Of a DNA stretch of 48,959 nt, positions 1 to 9,032 are shown one piece after another (the stretch's first letter is position 1; every line of letters starts with the position of its first letter). Where the stretch lies: the sequence record DRR723986_4988. One strand, given 5' to 3'. The notes beneath the pieces were generated by a model that ran no database searches, was not told where the DNA came from, and was given only the letters and a program-made list of their open reading frames with translations. Position numbers and translations under genes: made by a program.

Positions 1-1
1 G

Positions 2-370
2 GGCGGCGGCTTCGGCCACTTCTATGCCTATGCGCCGGAAAAGTGGGAGTACCCGATCAACCGCTTCACCATGGAGGTGAAGCGCCAGCTGGACGTGCTC
101 GATCGCACCCTGGCGAACCGGCGCTACCTGTGCGGTGATGACTATACGATCGCGGATATGGCGGCCTGCCCCTGGTATGGCCAGGTGGTCAAAGGTGGCC
201 TGTACGACGCGGCCGAGTTTCTCGATGGGCCATCTTATGTGCACGTCAATCGCTGGGCCGACGAGTTTGCCGAGCGCCCGGCGGTCCGGCGGGGTAAGCG
301 GGTCAACCAGATGTGGGGGCCGGAAGAGGAGCAGGTGCCGGAACGGCATTCAGCCAGCGACCTCGACTGA
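2..370 (+). CDS. yghU: Glutathione-dependent disulfide-bond oxidoreductase (GST family), 3' part; truncated by window start
   Basis: Frame open from position 2: GGGFGHFYAYAPEKWEYPINRFTMEVKRQLDVLD...YTIAD...AAEFL...ERHSASD, the characteristic YghU C-terminal half. Confidence 0.9.
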   Translation, partial: GGGFGHFYAYAPEKWEYPINRFTMEVKRQLDVLDRTLANRRYLCGDDYTIADMAACPWYGQVVKGGLYDAAEFLDGPSYVHVNRWADEFAERPAVRRGKRVNQMWGPEEEQVPERHSASDLD

Positions 371-388
371 CCGCGAGCCGCGCGGGGT

Positions 389-1369
389 TCAGGCCGACAG
401 TAGCCGGAACGTCATGTAGGCCAGGTAGGCACTGACGAACAGCAGGCCCGTGACGCGGTTCATGCGCTTGTTGCCGGCGTAGAACACCGGCAGTATCGCG
501 GCGACAAACAGCAATGAGATCACCACGTCGATAACGCCACCCTCCGGCGTTGGGAGCGGTGCAAGCATGGCGCTGATCGGCAGTACGAACAGGCTGTTGA
601 ACAGGTTCGAGCCAATTACGTTGCCGACGCAGAGGTCCGATTCGCCTCGGATCGCGGCTATCACCGAGGTGACCAGTTCGGGCATGCTGGTGCCGACTGC
701 AACTACCACCAGACCGATAATCGCGGGAGAGACGCCCAGCGCGCCAGCCAGCGCCGAGCCGTTTTCAATGGTCAGGTGGCCGCCGATCGTCAGCCCGATC
801 ACGCCCGCGACCAGGTAGAGCCAGAGTCGTTGCGAGGGATTGCCGGGCCTGCTGGGCAGTGATACTTCGATCTCGCGCATATTCTGCATCAGGGCATCAT
901 CGCCCTGTGTGGCAAAGTCGCTTACCGAGAAATAGATGAAGATGCTGAACAGCAGCATCAGGATCACGCCATCGGAGCGGCTCAGCAGTGACGGATAGCC
1001 CTGCAGGGGGCCGTCCAGGATCATCACCGTAACGATCACCGTCGCCAGTAACAGCAGTGGCAGTTCCCGCCGAACCAGCTGGCCCTCTATGGTTACCGGT
1101 TTGATCAGTGCGGCAAGACCGAGGACCAGGCCGATGTTGGCGAGGTTCGAGCCGATCACGTTGCCGAAGGCAAGTTCGGTTACGCCTTCCAGGGCGGCCA
1201 GTACATTCACCACCAGCTCCGGGGCGCTGGTGCCGAAGGCGACCACAGTTAGACCGATCACCATTGGTGAAATCCCGTACCGGGATGCAATTCCGGAAGC
1301 GCCCGTTACCAGCCCGGTGCCGCCGGCCAGCAGCAGCACCAGCCCCAATAGCAGTAAGGCGAAAGTCAT
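389..1369 (-). CDS. Calcium/sodium antiporter (CaCA, YrbG family)
   Basis: Two alpha repeats (GTSAPEL...GNVIGSN and GTSMPEL...GNVIGSN); about 10 TM segments. Confidence 0.92.
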   Translation of the reverse strand: MTFALLLLGLVLLLAGGTGLVTGASGIASRYGISPMVIGLTVVAFGTSAPELVVNVLAALEGVTELAFGNVIGSNLANIGLVLGLAALIKPVTIEGQLVRRELPLLLLATVIVTVMILDGPLQGYPSLLSRSDGVILMLLFSIFIYFSVSDFATQGDDALMQNMREIEVSLPSRPGNPSQRLWLYLVAGVIGLTIGGHLTIENGSALAGALGVSPAIIGLVVVAVGTSMPELVTSVIAAIRGESDLCVGNVIGSNLFNSLFVLPISAMLAPLPTPEGGVIDVVISLLFVAAILPVFYAGNKRMNRVTGLLFVSAYLAYMTFRLLSA

Positions 1370-1393
1370 TAGTTATGATGCCTGGCTTGATAC

Positions 1394-1627
1394 TCAGTCA
1401 TCGTGCAGCAGCCCGTTGAGCTCATCGACAATGGGCGCCCACTTCGCATCCTGCAGGCGGCTTTCACAGAGGAATTGGCGCTGCCCTTCAGTCCAGAAGG
1501 GGGCTTCTTCCAGCGCGGTGGCGTCAGCAAGGCGGTGCGCCGCGATGAATGCCTCGATAGCTCCGGCATCGCTGTCGAGGCCAAGCTGTTCGAACAGCAG
1601 CTCAAGCGTGGGAATCTCTTCATCCAT
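1394..1627 (-). CDS. DUF2789-family small protein
   Basis: 77 aa, LFEQLGL...IEAFIAAHRL...EAPFWT..QRQFL.E....DAKWA.IVDELN pattern; 24 bp upstream of the antiporter. Confidence 0.75.
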   Translation of the reverse strand: MDEEIPTLELLFEQLGLDSDAGAIEAFIAAHRLADATALEEAPFWTEGQRQFLCESRLQDAKWAPIVDELNGLLHDD

Positions 1628-1721
1628 AATAAACCCGGTCCAGTTGTTCAGGAGTTTCTTTTCTATCCCGGTGAAACGCGATGCGATAGCAGGGCAGTTA
1701 AGGAGAGCGCGCCAGCGGCTC

Positions 1722-3104
1722 TTATGCGTCTGGCAGCGGCACGCCGGTCAGTCGCAATGGGTCCAGCAAGCGTTCAAGTTCGGCCCGGCTTAGCTGCGTT
1801 TCCTCTTCGGCAATATCCAGTACCGCCCGTCCTTCAAGATAGCATCGTTTGGCGATTGCCGCCGCCGCATCGTAGCCGATCACCCGGTTGAGCGCGGTGA
1901 CCAGGATGGGGTTACTGGCCAACGTGGCCTGTAGTCTTTCGCTATTCACGTCGAAGCCGGCTACGGTGTCTGCACTGCTTGCGCAGGCGCCGGTCAGCAG
2001 GTCGATGCTGGCCAGCAGCTTGTCCGCGATCAAGGGCAGCATCACATTGAGCTGGAAACTGCCGGACTGGGCCGCAAGCGAGAGGGTGTGGTCGTTGCCC
2101 AGCACGTCGGCGCAGGCCATCAGTACGGCTTCCGGTAGCACGGGGTTGACCTTGCCCGGCATGATGGAAGAGCCGGGCTGCAATGCCTGCAGGTGGATTT
2201 CCCCCAATCCGGCGAGGGGGCCGGAACTCATCCAGCGCAGGTCGTTGTTGATCTTGGTCAGGGTAACGGCCAGCGCTCGCAGGCCGGCGGAGCACTCAAG
2301 CGCCACGTCCTGACCGGCCATGCGGGCAAAGGGGTTGGCCGCCAGGGTGTAGTTCTTGCCGGAGAGCGTGTTCAGATGGTCGATAAACGCGTCGGTAAAC
2401 CCCTCCGGGACATTGACGCCGGTGCCGACAGCCGAGCCACCGGCAGGCAGTGCGCACAGCCGTGGCAGCAGGTCACCGAAGCGTTCACGGCAGTCTGCCA
2501 GTTGGGCTGCCCAGGCACTGATCTCCTGGCCCATGGTCAGCGGCATGGCGTCCATCAGGTGTGTGCGCCCGGTCTTCGGCACCTGGGCCAGTTCATCAGC
2601 GCGCCGGTCCAGCACTGCGCCGAGGTGCTGCATGGCAGGAAGCAACCGCTCCTGGAGGGCCTCGCTGGCCGCCACCTGGATGCAGCTTGGGATGACGTCA
2701 TTGCTACTCTGGCTTGCATTGACGTGGTCGTTAGGGTGTACCGGCTGCCCCGACGCCTTCGCCGCCAGCGTCGCCAGCACTTCATTCATATTCATGTTGG
2801 TGCTGGTGCCCGACCCGGTTTGTAGCACCGGCACCGGGAACGCCCCGTCGTGCACCCCGTCTCGTACCTCAATTGCGGCGTTTTCAATCGCCTGCGCCAG
2901 GTCTTGTGTCAGCACACCGCTAACCCGGTTGGCGTGGGCAGCAGCGGCCTTGATCAGGGCCAGGCTATGCAGGAAGCGGGGATGCATGGTCCGGCGGCTG
3001 ATGGTGAAATTATCGACGGCTCGCTGGGTTTGCGCACCGTACAGTGCCGCTGCCGGCACCTGCACCTCACCCAGGCTGTCCCGTTCAATCCTGAAGTCTG
3101 TCAT
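1722..3104 (-). CDS. fumC: Class II fumarate hydratase
   Basis: RIERDSLG, YGAQTQRA, QTGSGTSTNMN, HPNDHVNASQSSND, GRTHLMDA, GSSIMPGKVNP signature. Confidence 0.93.
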   Translation of the reverse strand: MTDFRIERDSLGEVQVPAAALYGAQTQRAVDNFTISRRTMHPRFLHSLALIKAAAAHANRVSGVLTQDLAQAIENAAIEVRDGVHDGAFPVPVLQTGSGTSTNMNMNEVLATLAAKASGQPVHPNDHVNASQSSNDVIPSCIQVAASEALQERLLPAMQHLGAVLDRRADELAQVPKTGRTHLMDAMPLTMGQEISAWAAQLADCRERFGDLLPRLCALPAGGSAVGTGVNVPEGFTDAFIDHLNTLSGKNYTLAANPFARMAGQDVALECSAGLRALAVTLTKINNDLRWMSSGPLAGLGEIHLQALQPGSSIMPGKVNPVLPEAVLMACADVLGNDHTLSLAAQSGSFQLNVMLPLIADKLLASIDLLTGACASSADTVAGFDVNSERLQATLASNPILVTALNRVIGYDAAAAIAKRCYLEGRAVLDIAEEETQLSRAELERLLDPLRLTGVPLPDA

Positions 3105-3250
3105 GGCTGTCTCCCTGACTCTTCAAGCTAGACGGTCTTGCCTTGCTGCGCCAGCCGGGTGCCCTGGGAATGCGTCTTGGTCTATCATTGTCACATGCCT
3201 GACCATGTTATCCCGGTCTGATACCCACTTATTCTTTTCGAGTCCAGTTA

Positions 3251-4450
3251 ATGAAGCTTGCTATCCTGTCTTGCAGTCCCAACGCCTATAGTACGCGGCG
3301 CCTGAAGGAGGCCGCGCTGCAACGCGATCACCAGGCGAAAGTGCTCAATACACTGAAGTTTGCGATAGATCTCGAGCGCGGGGCCCCCGATCTTTACTAC
3401 CGCCAGAAGCACCTCAGCAGCTATGACGCGGTGCTGCCGCGTATTGGCGCGTCCATTACCTATTACGGCACCGCCGTGGTTCGCCAGTTCCAGGAGATGG
3501 ATATTTTTTGTGCGAATACGGCGCACGGTATTACCAACTCCCGGGACAAGCTGCGCAGCCTGCAAATCCTGAGCCGTCACCATGTCGGTATCCCGCGGAC
3601 CACCTTTGTGCGCGACAAGAAAGATGTGCTGCCCGCCATCGAGCGAGTGGGTGGCGCACCGGTCATTATCAAGCTGATTGAGGGTACTCAGGGGATAGGG
3701 GTGCTGCTGGCCGAGTCGGTCAAGGCGGCGGAGTCGATCATCGAGTTATTGCAGAGCCAGAAGCAGAACGTGCTGATCCAGAAGTTCGTGGCGGAAAGCA
3801 AGGGGCGTGATATCCGGGCCTTCGTGGTCGGCGACCAGGTGGTGGCGGCCATGCGCCGGGTTGCCCAGGGCCAGGAATTTCGCAGCAATGTGCATCGTGG
3901 CGGCCTTGCCGAGCCGGTGGAGCTGGATGAGTCCTACCGGGAGACCGCCGTGCGCTGTACCCAGATCATGGGCCTCCGGGTCGCCGGTGTGGATATGCTG
4001 GAAGGCAAGAACGGGCCGCAGGTTATGGAGATCAATTCCTCGCCGGGGCTGGAGGGCATCGAGACCTGCACCGGGCTGGATGTGGCGGGGGCAGTCATCG
4101 ACTACATCGCGGCGCAGGTCGACTTCCCCGAGATTGATGTCCGCCAGCGGCTTACTGTGAGCAAGGGCTATGGCGTCAGTGAGATTTACGTCCCTGAGGG
4201 GTCTAACTTCGTCAACCAGACGATTGTCCAGACCGGTCTGGCGGAGAAGGATATCAATGTCCTGACCCTGTACCGCGGTGCCAAGGTTATCCCCAATCCC
4301 CGGCAGGACCGCGTCCTGGAAGCGGGGGACAAGTTGCTGTGCTTCGGCAAGCTGGAGTCGATGCGCGGCATGATCCCGGCGCGCACGCGCCGGCGCAGGA
4401 CCCCTGCGATTTCGCAACTGGAACCGGACATGCTGCCCAACGACGCATGA
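3251..4450 (+). CDS. rimK: RimK-family ATP-grasp alpha-L-glutamate ligase with C-terminal TrkA-C (RCK_C) domain
   Basis: YSTRRL, DAVLPRIG, RDKLRSLQIL, EGTQGIGV, FRSNVHRGG, EINSSPGLEGIE; extra ~100 aa ending IPNP...LEAGDKLLCFG typical of RCK_C. Confidence 0.88.
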   Translation: MKLAILSCSPNAYSTRRLKEAALQRDHQAKVLNTLKFAIDLERGAPDLYYRQKHLSSYDAVLPRIGASITYYGTAVVRQFQEMDIFCANTAHGITNSRDKLRSLQILSRHHVGIPRTTFVRDKKDVLPAIERVGGAPVIIKLIEGTQGIGVLLAESVKAAESIIELLQSQKQNVLIQKFVAESKGRDIRAFVVGDQVVAAMRRVAQGQEFRSNVHRGGLAEPVELDESYRETAVRCTQIMGLRVAGVDMLEGKNGPQVMEINSSPGLEGIETCTGLDVAGAVIDYIAAQVDFPEIDVRQRLTVSKGYGVSEIYVPEGSNFVNQTIVQTGLAEKDINVLTLYRGAKVIPNPRQDRVLEAGDKLLCFGKLESMRGMIPARTRRRRTPAISQLEPDMLPNDA

Positions 4451-4470
4451 GCCGCACAACGAGGTGGTGA

Positions 4471-5649
4471 ATGACGAGCCTTGAAATTGAAGCACTGCGT
4501 GAAGAGATCGGCGATCTAAGCCCCCTGGAAGCGGCAACCCTGCTGGGTGTCGAATCCCCTGACGCGATACGGGAAGTGCTGGCAACGCTTCCATTGGAGG
4601 AGGCGCTGTCGGTCGCCTCCCACTTATCCCACGCGGTTTCGCGTGAAGAAGCGGAATCAGCGTCACTGGTCGAGGGTATGGCGGGTTCGGTGCAGGCGCT
4701 GATGGTGCCCGCCAAGGGCTGCCTCACACCGGAGACAACGGTTGCCGGCGCCCTGGATTACCTGGTGCACGCGCTGCCGGCGGGGGGCATTACCTATCTT
4801 TACGTGGTCGACAGCTATAACCGTCTCATCGGGGTCGTGGCGATGCAGGACCTGCTGCTGTCCAAACCGGGGCAGACCCTGGAAGAAGTGATGACCCCCG
4901 AGCCCTTTGCGTTTCATGCGGACACGCCGATGACCGAGGCGATCCATGCGGCGCTCAGCCGGCGGCATCGCCTGTACCCGGTGATCTCTGATGAGCGGGT
5001 GCTGGTCGGCATGGTGTATGGCTGGCGCCTGTTTGATTACATGGCGACGGAGATCAGCGCGCAGTCCGGCACCATGGTTGGCCTGGACAAGGAGGAGCGG
5101 CTCACCACACCCATATTGGAGGCGTTCAAAATGCGCCACCCCTGGCTGCAGGTGAACCTGTTAACTGCATTCGCTGCCGCCTTTGTGGTGGGTATGTTCG
5201 AGGATACGATTACCCGGATCGTGGCGCTGGCGGCGTTTTTGCCAGTACTTGCCGGGCAGAGCGGCAATACCGGTTGCCAGGCCCTGGCGATTACCTTGCG
5301 CGGTCTCACCCTTGGTGAACTTCGGGACTTTCCGGTGTCGAAGCTGCTCAATAAGGAAATTGCCCTGGGCGCGTTGAACGGGTTTTTTGTCGGGCTTATT
5401 GCCGCTGCCGCCATGTGGGTTTATGCCGACAGTACCGGCACCGAGCAGCCGGGTGTACTGGCGCTGGTTATCCTGATAGCCATGGTGGGGGCCTGTATCG
5501 GCAGTGGCGTTTTTGGCGTCATGGTGCCCTTGACCCTGCGCCGTTTCGGCGCCGACCCCGCTATGGCGAGCAGTATTTTCCTGACCACGTTTACTGACGT
5601 ACTTGGCATGGGCCTGATGCTGTTCCTGGCGACGACCCTGCTGCTTTAG
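4471..5649 (+). CDS. mgtE: Magnesium transporter, MgtE family (CBS pair plus 5-TM domain)
   Basis: YLYVVD..RLIGVV CBS motif; R.PWL.VNL, GN.G.Q, ADPA.AS..FLTT.TD membrane motifs; GAGG RBS upstream. Confidence 0.88.
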   Translation: MTSLEIEALREEIGDLSPLEAATLLGVESPDAIREVLATLPLEEALSVASHLSHAVSREEAESASLVEGMAGSVQALMVPAKGCLTPETTVAGALDYLVHALPAGGITYLYVVDSYNRLIGVVAMQDLLLSKPGQTLEEVMTPEPFAFHADTPMTEAIHAALSRRHRLYPVISDERVLVGMVYGWRLFDYMATEISAQSGTMVGLDKEERLTTPILEAFKMRHPWLQVNLLTAFAAAFVVGMFEDTITRIVALAAFLPVLAGQSGNTGCQALAITLRGLTLGELRDFPVSKLLNKEIALGALNGFFVGLIAAAAMWVYADSTGTEQPGVLALVILIAMVGACIGSGVFGVMVPLTLRRFGADPAMASSIFLTTFTDVLGMGLMLFLATTLLL

Positions 5650-5744
5650 CTTTCCGGGGGGCGGGCTTTCTCCGCCTGCGGAGTTGCAAGCCTTCCGGTT
5701 ACATCACCTTGAAACAGGCACGGTCGATGGCAGGCTCGCGCTTA

Positions 5745-6659
5745 TCAGGGGTGTTGCTGAATAAACTGATGGATCAGCGCAGTCAGTGTCTCCGGCGCAT
5801 CCTCCTGGCAGAAGTGGCCGACGCCGGGCAGCTCCACGACCGGGGCCTTTGGGAACAGCGAACGGAAATCGGCGATCCCGTGTCGAGGGTCTATGGCCCG
5901 ATCTTCCAGGCCATAAGCGAGCATGGCCGGCTTGGCCTTCAGCGCCTCCAGGTTGCCGGTTTTCAAGCCGGCGACGATGTACTCCTGAAACCGTCCGTGA
6001 TGCACATCGAGCGGAAATTCGATGCCGCCGATGCAACTGTCACGGTCGGGGAAGGGCGCGGAGTACGCGCGAATCCAGGTGTCATCGACCGCTGCGGAAT
6101 TCTGGAAGCCGATGATTTTCATCACCGAGAGGACCGTTGAGCCCAGCTCGCCCAGGATGCCGCGCAGGGTGCCGGCTTCCTCGTGCTGTGCAATCCACTG
6201 AAACCAGGGCGTCTTCTCTGCCGGTGGTGTGGTACCGCCGTAGCCGAACAGGGTATTCATCAGGGCGAGTCGCTTCACCCGCTCCGGGTGGCGGATGGTG
6301 TAGGCCCCGGTGATCGGGCCGCCCCAGTCCTGGCAGACGAAGGTGATGTCAGTGAGTTGCAGCTCATCGATAAGTTGTTCCAGGTTTTCAACGTGGCTCT
6401 GCAGGGTGTAGACCCGGTCCTGGGGTGTCTCCGACTTGCCGAACCCCATGTGGTCGGGAACGATCACCCGGTAGTGGCGGGCGAGAACCGGAATGAAGTG
6501 ACGGTAGAGGTAGCCCCAGGTCGGCTCGCCGTGGAGGCACATAACGACCTGGCCGTCGCGGGGACCCTCGTCCACGTAATGCTGGCGAAACCCTGCCGCC
6601 GTAGAGAAGTTCGGCGCAAATGGCCAGCTGCCGTCAAAGGTCTCTTCTGCCGCTATCAC
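5745..6659 (-). CDS. Haloalkane dehalogenase-like alpha/beta hydrolase
   Basis: HYVDEG, HGEPTW oxyanion motif, QDWGG nucleophile elbow, GHFCQED catalytic His; GTG start after AGGAG. Confidence 0.82.
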   Translation of the reverse strand: MIAAEETFDGSWPFAPNFSTAAGFRQHYVDEGPRDGQVVMCLHGEPTWGYLYRHFIPVLARHYRVIVPDHMGFGKSETPQDRVYTLQSHVENLEQLIDELQLTDITFVCQDWGGPITGAYTIRHPERVKRLALMNTLFGYGGTTPPAEKTPWFQWIAQHEEAGTLRGILGELGSTVLSVMKIIGFQNSAAVDDTWIRAYSAPFPDRDSCIGGIEFPLDVHHGRFQEYIVAGLKTGNLEALKAKPAMLAYGLEDRAIDPRHGIADFRSLFPKAPVVELPGVGHFCQEDAPETLTALIHQFIQQHP

Positions 6660-6736
6660 TGTTGGTGCACTCCTTTCCTGTCGCTATTATCCGGGTACTG
6701 GTGGCGGGTCGCCGCCTGCCAGCCTGCCCCGTTCCC

Positions 6737-8227
6737 TCAGTCCAGGTAGCGTGCCTGGATGCTGGCCTTGAAGGCCGTCGTGTCGAGGCCATAGCCGGTT
6801 GCCTTTTCGATAAGTTCATCCGGCATGTACAGGCAGCCCTGGCGACGTATGTGCCGGTCCAGCCAGCCGAACAGGGGCGCCAGGTCGCCGCGGCCGAGCC
6901 CGGGCAGGATGTCGCTGTCGTCTTTCATGGCCGCGGCGAAAATCTGCGCCGCTGCCATGGCCCCGAGGGAGTAGGTGGGGAAGTAGCCGAAAATCCCCTC
7001 CGGCCAGTGCACATCCTGCATCACCCCGTCGGTATCATCTGTCGGCCTGATGCCGACCAGGTTCTCCATCAGGTCGTTCCAGGCGCCGGGCAACTCAGCC
7101 GTCGACAGCTCTCCGGAGATAATCGCTTTTTCCAGCTTGTAGCGCAGGATGACGTGCAGTGGGTAGGTCACCTCGTCCGCATAGACGCGGATCAGTCCGG
7201 GTTCGACCCGGCGGTACAGCCGCAGGATGTTGTCGGGCTCCCAGGCAGGGCCTTCGCCGCCCAGCACCCGCTGGGTGATCGGCGCCAGAAAGCGGATGAA
7301 CTCCTCGGAGCGTCCGGCCTGCATCTCCAGCAGCAGAGACTGACTCTCATGCAGGGTCATACCGCGACTGTTGCCCACCGGCTGGCCCAGCCACTCGGGC
7401 GGCCGCCCATCCTCATACAGCGCGTGACCGGTTTCATGGATGACCGCCATCAGGCTCTTGCTAAAATCATCCTCGCTGTAGCGGGTAGTGATCCGTACGT
7501 CGCCGTCAGCGCCGCCGCTGAAGGGGTGGTGTGCGGTATCCAGGCGACCCCTGTCGAAGGGGAATCCGAAAACCTTCATAACCTCGTGACTAAGTGCCTG
7601 CTGTCGCTCAATGGAAAACGGGCCCTGTGGTACGAGCGGTGCCGGCAGTGCGGCCTGCTTCTCCATGACTTGCTGGATGAAGCCCGGGAGGAAGCTCTCG
7701 AGATCACCAAAAATCCGGTCGACCTGGGGCTCGCGACGGCCCGGGTCATAGCGATCCATCATCGCTTCATAGGGCGTCACGCCCATGATGTCGGCCTTGA
7801 TCTTTGCTTCCTCGCGCTTGAGTTCGAACAGCGCATCGAGCTTCGGCGCCAGGCGTTTGAAATCGTTGGCGGGTCGCGCCTCCCGCCAGATCATGTGAGC
7901 CTCGGATTCGGCGACCACGATTTTTTCGACCAGGCTTGAGGGAATGGCGTTGGCGTGGATGAACTCGTGGCGCATCTCCCTGAGGTTGGCGCGTTGCCAG
8001 GCGTCCAGCTGGTCGACATCTGCCTCGGCGCGGTCGATCAGCTCGGCCAGCGCTTCGCCGGTCTCCATTTCATGAATCATCACACTCAGCTCGGCAAGCA
8101 CCGACGCCCGTGCGGGTGCGGCCCCGTCAGGCATCATTGTCTGCTGGTCCCAGTGCAGGATTCCCATGGCGTTATTGAGAGCGGAAACACGTTTCTTGCG
8201 CGCTTCAAGCTGCTGGTAGGCGGTCAT
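6737..8227 (-). CDS. Carboxypeptidase, M32 (Taq) family
   Basis: HPF, DVRITTRY, HETGH zinc motif, HESQS, IRVYADE, QDVHW, GYFPTY. Confidence 0.95.
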   Translation of the reverse strand: MTAYQQLEARKKRVSALNNAMGILHWDQQTMMPDGAAPARASVLAELSVMIHEMETGEALAELIDRAEADVDQLDAWQRANLREMRHEFIHANAIPSSLVEKIVVAESEAHMIWREARPANDFKRLAPKLDALFELKREEAKIKADIMGVTPYEAMMDRYDPGRREPQVDRIFGDLESFLPGFIQQVMEKQAALPAPLVPQGPFSIERQQALSHEVMKVFGFPFDRGRLDTAHHPFSGGADGDVRITTRYSEDDFSKSLMAVIHETGHALYEDGRPPEWLGQPVGNSRGMTLHESQSLLLEMQAGRSEEFIRFLAPITQRVLGGEGPAWEPDNILRLYRRVEPGLIRVYADEVTYPLHVILRYKLEKAIISGELSTAELPGAWNDLMENLVGIRPTDDTDGVMQDVHWPEGIFGYFPTYSLGAMAAAQIFAAAMKDDSDILPGLGRGDLAPLFGWLDRHIRRQGCLYMPDELIEKATGYGLDTTAFKASIQARYLD

Positions 8228-8381
8228 TCAGTGTTCTCCTGGAGGTCTGTCAGCCGTCTGCGACTGGTGCTGTCAACAAATATACCCTACCTGAGTGGCG
8301 GGCCGCTTGGCTATCCGCGCTGGTAGCCGAGTAATTGGGCCGCTATGCTTACCGGCGCTAACTTCACGGGGTAATCCTGTC

Positions 8382-9011
8382 ATGCTGACCGTACATCACC
8401 TGAACAACTCCCGCTCCCAGCGCGTGCTGTGGCTGCTGGAGGAACTGGAACTGGCCTACGATATCGCGTTTTACAATCGCAATCCGGAAACCAACCTGGC
8501 GCCGCCGGAACTTGAAGCCATCCATCCCCTGGGCAAGTCACCGGTGCTTACCGATAGCGAGGCCACGGTCATCGAGTCAGGCGCGATCATTGACTATGTG
8601 CTGCGGCATTATGGCGGCGGTCGCCTGCTGCCAGCGGCAGGCACGCCGTCCCACGAGGCCTACCTGCAGTGGCTCCATTACGCTGAAGGCAGTGCCATGC
8701 TGCCGCTGATGCTGCGCATGTACACCGGCCGGCTGCCGGACGGCGGCGAGGCGTTGCAGCCGCGTATCACCGAAGAGCTTGATCGCCACCTCGGCTATAT
8801 GAACAAGGCGCTGGAAGGCGTTGACTGGTTCGTGGACAACACCCTCAGCGGCGCTGATATCCAGCTGTCTTTCGTGGTGGAAATCGCGCCCTTGCTGCAT
8901 CCCCAGGGGGCATTCCCGAATCTCGACGCGTTCAGGAGTCGCTGTCATGCGCGACCTGCCTACCAGCGCGCCCTTGCCAAGGGAGGCGACTACGCTTTCG
9001 GGCCAGCCTGA
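8382..9011 (+). CDS. Glutathione S-transferase
   Basis: MLTVHHLNNSRSQRVLWLLEEL, HPLGKSPV, IESGAI, SGADI; start moved from 8295 to ATG 8382. Confidence 0.92.
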   Translation: MLTVHHLNNSRSQRVLWLLEELELAYDIAFYNRNPETNLAPPELEAIHPLGKSPVLTDSEATVIESGAIIDYVLRHYGGGRLLPAAGTPSHEAYLQWLHYAEGSAMLPLMLRMYTGRLPDGGEALQPRITEELDRHLGYMNKALEGVDWFVDNTLSGADIQLSFVVEIAPLLHPQGAFPNLDAFRSRCHARPAYQRALAKGGDYAFGPA

Positions 9012-9032
9012 GGAACGGCCGGGGCTCGTTGG

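Noticed and set aside
6620-7939. 439-aa plus-strand ORF antisense to the M32 carboxypeptidase, and similar long shadow ORFs (2356-3291, 3746-4666, 14433-15374, 23810-24916, 28135-29016, 43310-44290)
   Set aside because: They overlap well-supported genes on the opposite strand and have no recognisable motifs; long stop-free antisense frames are expected with high-GC codon bias
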